Position numbers and translations under genes: made by a program | The notes under the pieces: generated by a model | Told to the model about the DNA's origin: nothing | The model's input: the letters and a program-made list of their open reading frames with translations, nothing else | Database searches by the model: none | Source: Candidatus Krumholzibacteriota bacterium | Lineage (GTDB): Bacteria > Krumholzibacteriota > Krumholzibacteriia > Krumholzibacteriales > Krumholzibacteriaceae | Assembly (NCBI GenBank): GCA_016931295.1 | Contig: JAFGEZ010000012.1 | Coordinates: 6,100-70,099 of the forward strand | DNA length: 64,000 bases | Direction of reading: 5' to 3' | Part shown: positions 18,913 through 28,450 of the stretch, one piece after another | Position numbering within the stretch: position 1 is the first letter of the stretch | Layout of the letters: every line of letters starts with the position of its first letter

Positions 18913-19927
18913 GAAGGGATTCGATGCGCGGCGGCTTGCCGGCATCCTCGGGCGGTGGCGCGGCAAGCGGATCGTCGTTCTCGGCGACCTGATGATCGAC
19001 GAGTTCGTGTACGGTCGCACCGAACGCGTATCGCGAGAGGCGCCGGTCGTCGTCGTACGCTACGACGGAAGCGGATTCTCGCCGGGCGGAGCGGCGAACG
19101 CCGCCCAGAACGTCGCCGCGCTCGGCGGACGGGCCGTGCCGGTCGGGTTCGTGGGCGGCGACGAGCGCGGGCCGATGCTCACCGGGTTGCTCGCCGATTC
19201 CGGGGTCGCCACGCGGGGGATCCTGACGCTGGCCGGGCGGTTCACGACCACGAAGATGCGCGTGATGGCGGGGGATTACCACGCGCAGCGGCAGCAGATC
19301 GTTCGCGTCGACCGGGAGCAGGACCGCTCCCTGTCGCCGCGCGAGGAGGCGCGGATTCTCGCCAGGTTCCGGCGCGAAGCCGCGAGGGCCGCGGCGGTCG
19401 TCCTCAGCGATTATCGCCAGGGACTCTTCACGCCACGGGTCATCGGCGAGGCGATCCGCTTCTGCCGCGCGCGCGCGATCCCCGTCGTCGCCGATTCGCG
19501 TTTCAACCTCGCGGCTTTCCGCGGGGTGACGACCGCGGTGCCGAACGAGGTCGAGGCGCACGCGGCGGCGGGAACCGACGCGGGACGGGCGCCGATCGAC
19601 CGGGCGGGCCGGCGGCTCCTCTCCCGGCTCGAAAGCGACTCCCTGATCGTCACGCGGGGCAGGTTCGGGATGTCGCTCTTCCGCCGCCGCCGCCCGCGGA
19701 TCGACATCGCCGTCGTCGGGAGCGCCGAGGCGACGGACGTGACCGGCGCGGGCGACACCGTCGCGGCGACGATCGCGCTCGCTCTCGCCGCCGAAGCGGA
19801 TGTGCGGGAGGGGATGGCCCTGGCGAACGCCGCGGCGTCGATCGTCGTGATGAAGCGCGGCACCGCCACGGCGAGCGTCGGCGAGCTCGCCGATCTGCTT
19901 CGCGAACTCGGCGTGGCGGACAAGTGA
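18905..19927 (+). CDS. hldA: D-glycero-beta-D-manno-heptose-7-phosphate kinase (HldE domain I / RfaE1, PfkB fold), stand-alone
   Basis: RfaE kinase motifs (IVVLGDLMIDEFVYG...REAPVVVV...GGAANAAQNVAALGG, C-terminal GAGDTV). Overlaps the upstream gene by 8 nt. Confidence 0.8.
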   Translation: MSEKGFDARRLAGILGRWRGKRIVVLGDLMIDEFVYGRTERVSREAPVVVVRYDGSGFSPGGAANAAQNVAALGGRAVPVGFVGGDERGPMLTGLLADSGVATRGILTLAGRFTTTKMRVMAGDYHAQRQQIVRVDREQDRSLSPREEARILARFRREAARAAAVVLSDYRQGLFTPRVIGEAIRFCRARAIPVVADSRFNLAAFRGVTTAVPNEVEAHAAAGTDAGRAPIDRAGRRLLSRLESDSLIVTRGRFGMSLFRRRRPRIDIAVVGSAEATDVTGAGDTVAATIALALAAEADVREGMALANAAASIVVMKRGTATASVGELADLLRELGVADK

Positions 19928-20018
19928 CGGGGAAAACGTGTTGGACGGCAGGCGGGATTCGCCGGGCCGACAACCGCGATCGCCGGAACGCGACGTCCGC
20001 GACCGGCGCGAGAGGAGG

Positions 20019-20510
20019 ATGCGGGTGAAGGATCGTCTCTACCGCGACGTCGAAAAGCTCGCGCGGGATCTCGACGAAAAACGCCGTCGGGGCGCACGCG
20101 TCGTCCTCGCGAACGGCTGTTTCGACATACTCCACGTCGGGCACGTGCGCTACCTCGAGGAGGCCGCCGCTCTCGGCGACCTGCTCGTCGTCGCCGTCAA
20201 CGACGACGATTCGACGCGCGGCCTGAAGGGCGACGGACGACCGGTGATGCCCGGGGAGGAGCGGGCGGAGCTCCTTCTCGCCCTGCGATGCGTCGACCGG
20301 TGTCTTCTCTTCGGCGCGCCGACCGTCGATGAGATCATCCGGATTTTGCGGCCGGACATCCATGCGAAGGGAACGGACTACACGGTCGACACGGTTCCCG
20401 AGATCGAGTCCGCGCGGGCCGTCGGGACGCGCACGGTCATCACCGGCGACCGGAAAAGCCACGCGAGCAGGGACGTCATCAGGAAGGTGCGCGGCGATGG
20501 ACGGTCCTGA
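20019..20510 (+). CDS. hldC: D-glycero-beta-D-manno-heptose-1-phosphate adenylyltransferase (HldE domain II / RfaE2), stand-alone
   Basis: Cytidylyltransferase-fold motif ANGCFDILHVGHVRYLEEA and the RfaE domain II C-terminal half. Confidence 0.8.
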   Translation: MRVKDRLYRDVEKLARDLDEKRRRGARVVLANGCFDILHVGHVRYLEEAAALGDLLVVAVNDDDSTRGLKGDGRPVMPGEERAELLLALRCVDRCLLFGAPTVDEIIRILRPDIHAKGTDYTVDTVPEIESARAVGTRTVITGDRKSHASRDVIRKVRGDGRS

Positions 20511-21513
20511 TCTCCTCTCGGCGCGCGCACCCCGCATCCTCGTCACGCGCCTCCGGTATCTCGGGGACGTGATACTCTCGATTCCCGCCGTCGACGCGCT
20601 CAGGGAGTGCCGGCCCGACGCTGACATCCATTACCTCGCGGAGCGTCCGCACCACGAGATACTCGAAAGCCATCCGTTTCTCGACGGCGTCATACCGCTC
20701 GATCCGGGAATCGCCGGGACGATGCGGGCCGTGCGGATCCTCCGGCGGATGCGCTTCGACGCGGCCATCGACCTCTTCTACAACCCGCGCAGCGCGAACC
20801 TCCTCCGTCTCGCCGGCATTCCCGTGCGAGTCGGCGGGGGGAGGCGGTGGCGGCGCAGGTTGTACACGCACGTCGTCGCGAAGCCGCCCGCCGATCCGAG
20901 CGCGGTGTCGCACCATCTCCGGTTCGTCGAGGCGCTCGGCTGCGCAGCCGCGTGGCGCCTGCCGCGCGTCCATCTCCGCGAAGAGGAGCGCCTGGGGGGG
21001 GCGAGGCTTCTCGAACGCACGATCGGCGGCGGGGGGGAGGGGCCGGTGATCGCCGTCCATCCCGGGGGGACGTGGCCCGCGAAGCGATGGCCGCCGGAGC
21101 GGTTCGCCGAGCTCGCCCGCCTGGCAGGTTGCGCGCTCGATGCGCGGATTCTCGTCGTCGCCGGACCGGGAGAGGAACAAATCGCACGCGAGGCTGCGGG
21201 AACGGAGGGCGCGGTGCTGCCACTCCAGCCGATCAGGACGCTCGCCGCCGTTCTCTCGGCCTGCGACGCGGTCGTCTGCAACGACGGCGGCGTGATGCAC
21301 CTCGCCGTGGCTCTCGGGGTGCCGACCGTCGGCATCTTCGGCCCCACCGAACCGGAGATCTGGTTTCCCTACGAGGGGAAGGGCCCCTTCCGGCTCGTCA
21401 CGCACCGCGTCGCCTGCGCACCATGCCACCGCCACGAATGCGACGATCGCCGCTGCCTCGACGGGATCGGCCCGGACGAGGTCTTCTCGGCGCTCGAGGA
21501 AGTCGCACGGTGA
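20497..21513 (+). CDS. glycosyltransferase family 9 (heptosyltransferase-like)
   Basis: ILVTRLRYLGDVILSIPAV GT9 N-terminal motif. Overlaps the previous gene. Confidence 0.75.
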   Translation: MDGPDLLSARAPRILVTRLRYLGDVILSIPAVDALRECRPDADIHYLAERPHHEILESHPFLDGVIPLDPGIAGTMRAVRILRRMRFDAAIDLFYNPRSANLLRLAGIPVRVGGGRRWRRRLYTHVVAKPPADPSAVSHHLRFVEALGCAAAWRLPRVHLREEERLGGARLLERTIGGGGEGPVIAVHPGGTWPAKRWPPERFAELARLAGCALDARILVVAGPGEEQIAREAAGTEGAVLPLQPIRTLAAVLSACDAVVCNDGGVMHLAVALGVPTVGIFGPTEPEIWFPYEGKGPFRLVTHRVACAPCHRHECDDRRCLDGIGPDEVFSALEEVAR

Positions 21514-21518
21514 GTCGG

Positions 21519-22619
21519 ATGACCGGCAGACGTTCGCCCGTCGATCTCGGCCGCATCGGACCGGTCGACCGGATCCTCGTCGTGCGTCTCAAGGCGATGG
21601 GGGACATCGCGCTCTCCCTGCCGATCGTCTGGGCCCTCCGGGAGCGCTTTCCCCGGGCGCGAATCGATTACCTGGTCGGCGCCCGGTACGCGGGCGCCCT
21701 CGACGGCGACACCGGTCTCGACGAGGTCATTCCGCTCGAGGGCGCGGCGCCGCGGCAGGCGCGACTCGCCGCGCGGCTCCGGCGAAGGCGGTACGACGTG
21801 GCGATCGACCTGCTCTCCTCGCCGAGGAGCGCCGTCCTCACGCTCCTCTCGGGGGCGCACCTGAGGATCGGGATGGACGTGGGGCGGCACAACTGGTGTT
21901 TCCACCGCGTCCTTCCCCGCGCGCTACTGGACGGGCACGGCGCGATCGTCAGGCAATACACGCTCGAATCGAACCGCGAGTACGCGCGGATGATCGGCCT
22001 GGGCGATCCCGGTCCGGGGCCGGATCCGCGCGGATGGCGCTCGGGGCTCGCCCCGGGATTCCCCGCGGCCGAGACCGAGCGGGCGTGGGCCGGGGAATGG
22101 ACCGGTTCGCTCGGCGAGCGGGCCGGGCGGCTCTGCGGCATCGTGCCGGGAGCGACCTACGTCGAGAAGTCATGGCCGGTCGAGCGGTTCGTCGAGCTCG
22201 CCGGGCGCATCCCGGGCGAACTGGGACTCGTTCCGCTCGTTTTCTGGGGACCGGGGGAAGAGGCGGTCGCCGGGCAGGTCGCCGCGGCGTCGCCCGCGGC
22301 CCTGATGGCCCCGCCGGCCTCGATTCCGCGCCTCGGCGCGATCGTCGGCCGCTGCCGCGTGGTCGTCGGCATCGATTCGGGGCCGAAGCACCTCGCCGTT
22401 CTCCAGGGGGTGCCGACGGTGACCCTCTTCGGGCCGACCGACCCGCGCGTCTGGGATCCGATGACCGGCAGGCACCGGGTCCTCGGGGGCCCCGAACGCG
22501 GCCGGGGCGGGGGCAAACAGCCGGCGGCGCGAAGGATCGACGAAATCGCCGTCGACGAGGTGATCGGCGAACTGCGGCTCGCTCTCGGGGCGGAAACCGA
22601 CGCAGGAGGTGGCCGGTGA
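21519..22619 (+). CDS. glycosyltransferase family 9 (heptosyltransferase-like)
   Basis: ILVVRLKAMGDIALSLPIV GT9 motif. Internal ATG 21519 of ORF 20847..22619; the upstream 224 codons of that ORF are off-gene. Confidence 0.75.
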   Translation: MTGRRSPVDLGRIGPVDRILVVRLKAMGDIALSLPIVWALRERFPRARIDYLVGARYAGALDGDTGLDEVIPLEGAAPRQARLAARLRRRRYDVAIDLLSSPRSAVLTLLSGAHLRIGMDVGRHNWCFHRVLPRALLDGHGAIVRQYTLESNREYARMIGLGDPGPGPDPRGWRSGLAPGFPAAETERAWAGEWTGSLGERAGRLCGIVPGATYVEKSWPVERFVELAGRIPGELGLVPLVFWGPGEEAVAGQVAAASPAALMAPPASIPRLGAIVGRCRVVVGIDSGPKHLAVLQGVPTVTLFGPTDPRVWDPMTGRHRVLGGPERGRGGGKQPAARRIDEIAVDEVIGELRLALGAETDAGGGR

Positions 22620-23389
22620 TGGGACTCGACCGTGTATCGCTCGTCGTCATCACGCGCGACGAGGAAGAGAACATCGCCCGCTGCATCGAGAGCGCGGCGG
22701 GGGTCGGCGAGACGATCGTCGTCGATTCGCACAGCGGCGACCAAACGAGGGAGATCGCCCGTTCCCTCGGCGCCACGGTCCTCGAACGGGACTTCGTGTC
22801 GAACGCCGACCAGAAGAACTGGGCGATCGAACGCACGAGCGGGGAGTGGGTGCTGATCCTCGACGCGGACGAGCGACTCACCCCGGCGCTTCGCGACGAG
22901 ATCGCCCGGTCCGTCGACGATCCCCGCGGTGCGGACGGGTGGTACATCCGCCGTCGAAACGACTTTCTCGGGCGCCGGATCGATCACTGCGGCTGGGGGC
23001 GCGACCGCGTCCTGCGCCTCTTCAGGCGGGGCGCGGGGCGCTATCCCGAGCGGGCCGTCCACGAGCGGTTCCGTCTCGACGGCGAGGCGCGCCTGCTCGT
23101 CGAGCCGATGCTGCATTCGCCCTACCGCGACATGGCCGACTATCTCGACCGGATGCGCAGCTACAGTCTCCGCGGCGCGGCGGAACTGCACGGGCGCGGC
23201 GCCTCCTGGTTCCCCGCGATCCTCCTTCGTCCCGCGTGGCGTTTCATGCGCATGTACGTCGTGCAGCTCGGCTTCCTCGACGGCGCCGCCGGCCTGGTGC
23301 TCTGCGGCGCGGCGGCGGCCGGCGTCTTCTTCAAGTACGCCGCGCTCCGGGAACTGGGGCGCCGCGATGCGGCGGGAGCGGATCGATGA
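22619..23389 (+). CDS. GT2 family LPS-core glycosyltransferase (WaaE/KdtX-like)
   Basis: SLVVITRDEEENIARCIES...VVDSHSGDQT...LILDADE GT-A motifs. ATG overlaps the previous stop (ATGA); ggaggtgg RBS. Confidence 0.75.
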   Translation: MGLDRVSLVVITRDEEENIARCIESAAGVGETIVVDSHSGDQTREIARSLGATVLERDFVSNADQKNWAIERTSGEWVLILDADERLTPALRDEIARSVDDPRGADGWYIRRRNDFLGRRIDHCGWGRDRVLRLFRRGAGRYPERAVHERFRLDGEARLLVEPMLHSPYRDMADYLDRMRSYSLRGAAELHGRGASWFPAILLRPAWRFMRMYVVQLGFLDGAAGLVLCGAAAAGVFFKYAALRELGRRDAAGADR

Positions 23390-24468
23390 CCGGCGGCGAT
23401 CCGGAACTGGTCTTCTTCGGCGCGTTCGATCCCGCCTACCCGCGGAACGCGATCATCCGCGAGGGGTGGCGCCGGACGGGGCGGCGGGCGAGCGAGTGCC
23501 GGACGGACGTCAAACGGAAGGCGCCCACGCGCTATCCCGCGCTCCTCTGGCAATTCCTGTCCGGGAATCACCGCGGCGGCGTGATCTTCGTCCCCGATTT
23601 CCGCCACAAGGACGTGCCGCTCGCGTGGCTCATCGCCCGCCTCGCCGGCCGCCGGCTCGTCTTCGATCCGCTCGTCTCCCGGTGGGAGACGCGCGTCCTC
23701 GACCGGGGTGACGCCACCGCGGGCTCGATGCAGGCCGGGCACAACCGGAACATCGACCGCCTCTCCTTCCAGCTCTCCGATCTCGTACTCGCCGATACCG
23801 ACGCGCACGGAAATTTCTTTGCACGCGAGTACGGGCTGCCGGACGGCCGGGTGCGCACCCTCTATCTGGGCTTCGACGACCGTCTCTTCCCGCCGGCACC
23901 GCCGCCGGAAGCGAACGGGACGCTCCGCGTCCTCTTCTATGGATCCTACCTGCCGCTGCACGGCGTGCCGACGATCGTGGAGGCCGCGGCCGCCGTGGCA
24001 AACGAGGACATCCGCGTGACGCTCGTGGGCGGCGGGCAGACGCACGATGAGACGAAAAGACTCGCCGAACGCCTGCGGGCGCCGATCCGGTTCCTCGACG
24101 CGGTGCCGGACACGGCGCTCGCCGGGCTGATCGCCCGGGCAGACGTCGTCCTCGGCGTCTTCGGGACGACACCGAAGGCGTCGCTCGTCGTCCCGAACAA
24201 GGTCTACCAGGCGCTCGGCGTCGGCCGGGCCGTCGTGACGGCGTCGAACCCGGCTGTCGGGGAGATCTTCCGAGACGGCGAGCATCTGCTCGCCGTCTCG
24301 GCGGGGGACGCGCGCGCTCTCGCCGGCGCCCTCCGGCTTCTCGCCGCCGATCGCGGGAGGGCGCGCGCTCTCGCCGAGGCGGGGGGGCGGTACGTGCGGG
24401 AGCGGTTCAATCCCGGACGGATCGCCGACGACCTCTCGGCACTGCTCCGCGAAGGGGGGATCAGGTGA
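23386..24468 (+). CDS. GT1/GT4-like glycosyltransferase
   Basis: C-terminal GT-B motifs. ATGA overlap with the upstream gene. Confidence 0.7.
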   Translation: MTGGDPELVFFGAFDPAYPRNAIIREGWRRTGRRASECRTDVKRKAPTRYPALLWQFLSGNHRGGVIFVPDFRHKDVPLAWLIARLAGRRLVFDPLVSRWETRVLDRGDATAGSMQAGHNRNIDRLSFQLSDLVLADTDAHGNFFAREYGLPDGRVRTLYLGFDDRLFPPAPPPEANGTLRVLFYGSYLPLHGVPTIVEAAAAVANEDIRVTLVGGGQTHDETKRLAERLRAPIRFLDAVPDTALAGLIARADVVLGVFGTTPKASLVVPNKVYQALGVGRAVVTASNPAVGEIFRDGEHLLAVSAGDARALAGALRLLAADRGRARALAEAGGRYVRERFNPGRIADDLSALLREGGIR

Positions 24469-25550
24469 AAGCGCTGCTCGCCGGAAGCGAATCGGGCTGG
24501 CGGGGCGGCGAGCACCAGACGCTGCTCCTCGCGATCGGACTCCGAAAGCGGGGGATCGACGTCACGATCGCTGCGCCGGGGCGATCGGCGCTGGCCGCGC
24601 GGGCGGCGACGGCGGGCATACCGGTCGTCCACCTTTCCTTCGAGACGGTCCCGCTGTGGACCCCGCTCAGACTCGCCGACGTCTGCCGCCGCCGCGGGAT
24701 CGACATCCTGCACGCGCAGACCTCGCGCGCCCATACGCACTGCGGCATCGCGAGCCGTCTCCGCGCCGGCGGCGCGGCGCTCGTCGTGAGCCGCCGGACG
24801 GCCTTCCCCGTATCGCGCGGCGTCTCCCGGGCGCTCAAGTACCGCCGGTGGGCCGATCACTACCTGCCGATCTCCGCCGCCGCAGCCCTCGCGCTCGAAG
24901 AGGCGGGCGTGCCGCGGGAACGCATGACGATCGTTCCGAGCGGGATCGAGACGGCGCGATTCGCCGGCCTCCATCAGGACGGGCGTGAACGAAAGCGACG
25001 CGGCCTCGACGGTCGCTTCGTCGTCGGCACGGTCGCCGCCCCGACGCCTGAAAAGGGGCTCGACGTCCTCGCGGCCGCGGCCGCGATCCTCGGTCCGGCG
25101 GCGGGGGGGAAGACGGCCGGGAGAATCGCATTCCTCGTCCGGGCGACGGCGGCGTTCGCCCCGACCGCGGGGATCGCGCGGATCGATCCCGGCGAGATGC
25201 CGATCGAGCGATTCCTCGCACTTCTCGACGCGTATGTCGTTCCGTCCAGGGCGGAAGGGTTGTCGACGGCGCTGATGGCGGCCGTGGCCGCGGGGCTTCC
25301 CGTGGCGGGAAGCCGCGTCGGCGGCATACCGGAAGTCGCCGGCGAGGACCACGCGATCCTCGTTCCGCCGGGGGATCCCGCGGCCCTGGCCGGGGCGATC
25401 GCCGCTCTCGCCGACGACGACGGGATGCGGCGTCGCTTCGCCGCGAGGGCCGGGGAGCGGGCCGGGGAGTTCGACATTTCGCGCACCGTCGAGAAGACCA
25501 TTGCCGTCTACGAACGGCTGCTCGCCTCCGCCGGGCGTCGATTGCGATGA
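24465..25550 (+). CDS. GT1 (GT4) glycosyltransferase
   Basis: GT4 motifs (EGLSTALMAAVAAGLPVAGSRVGGIPEV). GTGA overlap with the upstream gene. Confidence 0.75.
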   Translation: MKALLAGSESGWRGGEHQTLLLAIGLRKRGIDVTIAAPGRSALAARAATAGIPVVHLSFETVPLWTPLRLADVCRRRGIDILHAQTSRAHTHCGIASRLRAGGAALVVSRRTAFPVSRGVSRALKYRRWADHYLPISAAAALALEEAGVPRERMTIVPSGIETARFAGLHQDGRERKRRGLDGRFVVGTVAAPTPEKGLDVLAAAAAILGPAAGGKTAGRIAFLVRATAAFAPTAGIARIDPGEMPIERFLALLDAYVVPSRAEGLSTALMAAVAAGLPVAGSRVGGIPEVAGEDHAILVPPGDPAALAGAIAALADDDGMRRRFAARAGERAGEFDISRTVEKTIAVYERLLASAGRRLR

Positions 25551-25620
25551 AATCGACACGGCTCTTGCATCTCCTGTCACCAGGAGACAGGCAACGCGAA
25601 TGAGACAATACATGAGGTGA

Positions 25621-26508
25621 ATGATGTTACATGTTGTAATGATGAGAGATGGAAACACGGTACGCGCCGCGGCATGGCGCGCGGCGCTGATCGCGGCGAT
25701 CCTCGTGGCGGTCATTGCCGTCCTCGATTCCGGACAGGTACGGGCCGATGAATCGGCGCTCGACGGCTACGAGATCGTCCAGCCGCTGCCCGAGCGTGTG
25801 CCCTGGGGCGAGGGGGAATACCTGCTCTTCTCTATCCAGTACGGACTGATCTATGCGGGCGACGCGACGCTCGAAGTGCGGAACATCGCCGTCCTCCCGG
25901 ACAGCCAGCCCAGCTATCACGTCGTTTCGATCGCCCGGACAAACAAGGCCTTCGACGTCGTCTTCAAGGTGCGCGACCGGCACGAGTCCTTCATACACTG
26001 GGACGACCTCTACTCGCTCCGATTCGTCAAGCATCTGCGGGAAGGGCGGTTCAGCCGCGACGGGCGGGTCGATTTCGACCAGCGGAACCATCTCGCCGTC
26101 TCCGGCGGCACGACCGTGGGGATCCCGCCCAACACGCATGATTTCCTTTCCGCGCTCTACTACATGCGGACGATACCGATCGAGCCGGGACAGGCCGTCT
26201 TCCTGCCGAATCACACGAACGGCAAGAACTATCCCATCTACGTGAAGGTGACCGGACGCGAGCGGGTGAGCGTGCCGGCGGGGGAGTTCGACTGCCTCGT
26301 CGTCGAGCCGGTGCTCGAGACGTCGTCGATCTTCGAGCACAAGGGCAAGTTGACAATCTGGATGACCGATGATACCGTCCGCATGCCCGTCCTCCTCCGC
26401 TCCAAGGTGATCGTCGGGGCGTTCGAGGCGGTGCTCAAGGAGTTTACACTGTCAACGGAAGCGCCGCGCGTCCTCGGGCGCGCAGAAAGCGGCGGCGATG
26501 GCCGGTAA
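25621..26508 (+). CDS. DUF3108 domain protein (signal anchor)
   Basis: N-terminal TM anchor followed by a DUF3108-like beta-rich domain (EGEYLLFSIQYGLIYAGDATLEV...). gaggtga RBS. Confidence 0.7.
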   Translation: MMLHVVMMRDGNTVRAAAWRAALIAAILVAVIAVLDSGQVRADESALDGYEIVQPLPERVPWGEGEYLLFSIQYGLIYAGDATLEVRNIAVLPDSQPSYHVVSIARTNKAFDVVFKVRDRHESFIHWDDLYSLRFVKHLREGRFSRDGRVDFDQRNHLAVSGGTTVGIPPNTHDFLSALYYMRTIPIEPGQAVFLPNHTNGKNYPIYVKVTGRERVSVPAGEFDCLVVEPVLETSSIFEHKGKLTIWMTDDTVRMPVLLRSKVIVGAFEAVLKEFTLSTEAPRVLGRAESGGDGR

Positions 26509-27445
26509 ATACCGTGAGATCGATCTGTCCGGGGTCAAAACCGTCTCCGTCTCGGACCGTGGCAGCTCGGTCACGGCGGATCGCTTCGGCAGGCCGGCCA
26601 AGGGCGGGAAATCCTTTTCGCGATGGCTGGATTCCTTGCCGCGATTCCTCGCCGTCGAGGAGCTCCGCGCGCTCGCGCTCGCCATGCGGCGGGCTCATGC
26701 CGGGCCGCGCGGGGAGATCCTCTGGATGATGGGGGCGCATGTCGTCAAGTGCGGCCTCTCGCCCTACGTCATCGACCTCGTCCGCAGGGGCTGGATCACC
26801 GGTGTCGCGATGAACGGCGCCGGCGCGATCCACGACATGGAGATCGCGCTCTTCGGCGAGACGAGCGAGGACGTCGCCGCGAACCTCGAGCGGGGGATCT
26901 TCGGATTCGCCTCGGAGACGGCCGACGCTGCCTTCGATGCGATCGCCGGCGGGGAACGGTCGGGATACGGGCTCGGCGAGGCCCTCGGGGCGCGGCTCGT
27001 CGAGCGGCGCGCGCCGCACCGGAAGCTCAGCATCCTCTGCGAGGCCTATCGTCACGACGTGCCGGTCACCGTCCACGTCGCCGTCGGGACGGACATCCTC
27101 CACCAGCACCCCGGTTTCGACGGCGCGGCCTGGGGACGACTCACCGCCAGGGATTTCCGCATCTTCGCCGAGCGGGTCCGCGCGCTCGGCGTGGACGGCG
27201 GGGTCGCGCTCAACATCGGCTCGGCGGTCCTCCTTCCCGAGGTGTTCCTCAAGGCCTTCAGCATCGCCCGGAACCTCGGTGCGCCGTTCGAGCGCCTGAC
27301 GACATGCACGATGGACATGGTCAGGCACTACCGCCCGGAGGAGAACGTCCTGCGGCGCCCGACCGCCTTCGGCGGCAGGGGGATTCGGCTCGTCGGACAT
27401 CACGAGCTGCTCGTCCCGCTCCTCTATTCGGCGCTCCTCTCGTGA
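26498..27445 (+). CDS. hypothetical conserved protein, unknown family
   Basis: 315 aa, GC3-rich, overlaps the DUF3108 gene end by 11 nt. GVAMNGAGAIHDME motif. No confident family. Confidence 0.55.
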   Translation: MAGKYREIDLSGVKTVSVSDRGSSVTADRFGRPAKGGKSFSRWLDSLPRFLAVEELRALALAMRRAHAGPRGEILWMMGAHVVKCGLSPYVIDLVRRGWITGVAMNGAGAIHDMEIALFGETSEDVAANLERGIFGFASETADAAFDAIAGGERSGYGLGEALGARLVERRAPHRKLSILCEAYRHDVPVTVHVAVGTDILHQHPGFDGAAWGRLTARDFRIFAERVRALGVDGGVALNIGSAVLLPEVFLKAFSIARNLGAPFERLTTCTMDMVRHYRPEENVLRRPTAFGGRGIRLVGHHELLVPLLYSALLS

Positions 27446-27453
27446 ATTCCCGT

Positions 27454-27482
27454 TGACAACGCGCCCCTGCCTGTGGTACTAT
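27454..27482 (+). promoter_or_regulatory. sigma70-like promoter (TTGACA-17-TACTAT) for the EPS operon
   Basis: -35 TTGACA 27454-27459, 17-nt spacer, -10 TACTAT 27477-27482. About 158 nt upstream of ATG 27640. Confidence 0.5.
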
Positions 27483-27589
27483 TCGGTCCTAAGGAGGTAC
27501 GGAGAGAGAGACGTCTGCTACTGGGATTTGCTCGCAACGATCCGGCACGTCGCCTATCGAGTGAGTTCCCGTGGCAGGCGTTTTGCTTG

Positions 27590-27616
27590 TGGCCCGGGCA
27601 GGCGACCTGCCCGGGC
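27590..27616 (+). promoter_or_regulatory. perfect GC-rich hairpin in the 5' leader of the EPS operon (possible attenuator or operator)
   Basis: GGCCCGGGCAG gcgac CTGCCCGGGCC, an 11-bp perfect inverted repeat about 24 nt upstream of the RBS aggaagaggagaga. No T-tract follows. Confidence 0.5.
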
Positions 27617-27639
27617 CATTTGCCAAAGGAAGAGGAGAG

Positions 27640-28329
27640 ATGTCAGGAATCCCCCGTATCAACGAAGCGTTCATCGAGGAGCCGTCGACGCAGGGCGTCG
27701 GCGTCGTTCCCGCCGCCGCGGAGAGTCCGGTCTATCTCGCGATCAAGCGCGTCATCGACGTCTGTGTCGCGTCGTTGCTTTTGATACTCTTTCTTCCGAT
27801 CATCCCGGTCGTCGCCCTCCTGATCAAGATGGATTCGCCGGGCCCGGTCCTCTACCGGCAGAAGCGGATCGGCAGGAAGGGAAAGGAATTCAATTTCTAC
27901 AAGTTCCGTTCGATGGTCATGGGCGCCGAGAAGGTCGTCGGGGCGCTCCGTCCGTTGAGCGGCGTCGACGGCCCCGTGTTCAAGCTCAAGGAGGATCCCC
28001 GGGTCACCGGAGTCGGCCGGTTCCTCCGTCGTTCGAGCCTGGACGAGCTCCCACAGCTCTTCAACGTGCTCAAGGGGGAGATGAGCATCGTCGGTCCCCG
28101 CCCCAATCTGCCCTCAGAAGTGTCGCACTACCTTCCCTGGCAACGGAGACGGCTCGACGTAACACCCGGCATCACTTGCCTTTGGCAAATCGCCGGGCGC
28201 AGCCATATCGGATTCCAGGAGTGGATGAGACTCGACATGGAGTACATCCGCACCCGGTCGCTCGTCACCGACCTCCAGATCATGGCGAAAACGATCCCCG
28301 CCGTGATAGCCAGGAAGGGGGCGTACTGA
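27640..28329 (+). CDS. bacterial sugar transferase (short PglC/EpsB_2-type polyprenyl-phosphate hexose-1-phosphate transferase), priming enzyme
   Basis: PF02397-type motifs ([36 protein letters not shown]). One N-terminal TM helix. Strong RBS. Confidence 0.85.
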   Translation: MSGIPRINEAFIEEPSTQGVGVVPAAAESPVYLAIKRVIDVCVASLLLILFLPIIPVVALLIKMDSPGPVLYRQKRIGRKGKEFNFYKFRSMVMGAEKVVGALRPLSGVDGPVFKLKEDPRVTGVGRFLRRSSLDELPQLFNVLKGEMSIVGPRPNLPSEVSHYLPWQRRRLDVTPGITCLWQIAGRSHIGFQEWMRLDMEYIRTRSLVTDLQIMAKTIPAVIARKGAY

Positions 28330-28362
28330 GCCGCTTGGCATGTATCTTGCCCGAAAACGTGA

Positions 28363-28389
28363 TTGACAGGGTGTGTCTAAGGGTATAAT
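28363..28389 (+). promoter_or_regulatory. internal sigma70-like promoter (TTGACA-15-TATAAT) upstream of the Wza-like gene
   Basis: Consensus hexamers but a short 15-nt spacer, or 17 nt if the -10 is read as TAATTT. Confidence 0.35.
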
Positions 28390-28450
28390 TTTACGCCGGT
28401 TAATACGGGGATGGATCCCGGCTGCCGGGCGGAACGAAGACGGAAGGACG

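Noticed and set aside
20847-22619. Long N-terminal extensions proposed by the ORF track (20847, 21896, 22609, 33707, 36852, 40071, 53281, 60429, 61808 starts)
   Set aside because: The extensions overlap the preceding real gene in another frame and are Arg-rich. Internal ATG/GTG starts with an RBS and ATGA/GTGA coupling to the upstream stop give proteins of canonical length.
25571-25586. CTCCTG-tcac-CAGGAG palindrome after the GT1 gene as a terminator
   Set aside because: Only a 6-bp stem and no U-tract. It may be a minor protein-binding palindrome, but evidence is insufficient.
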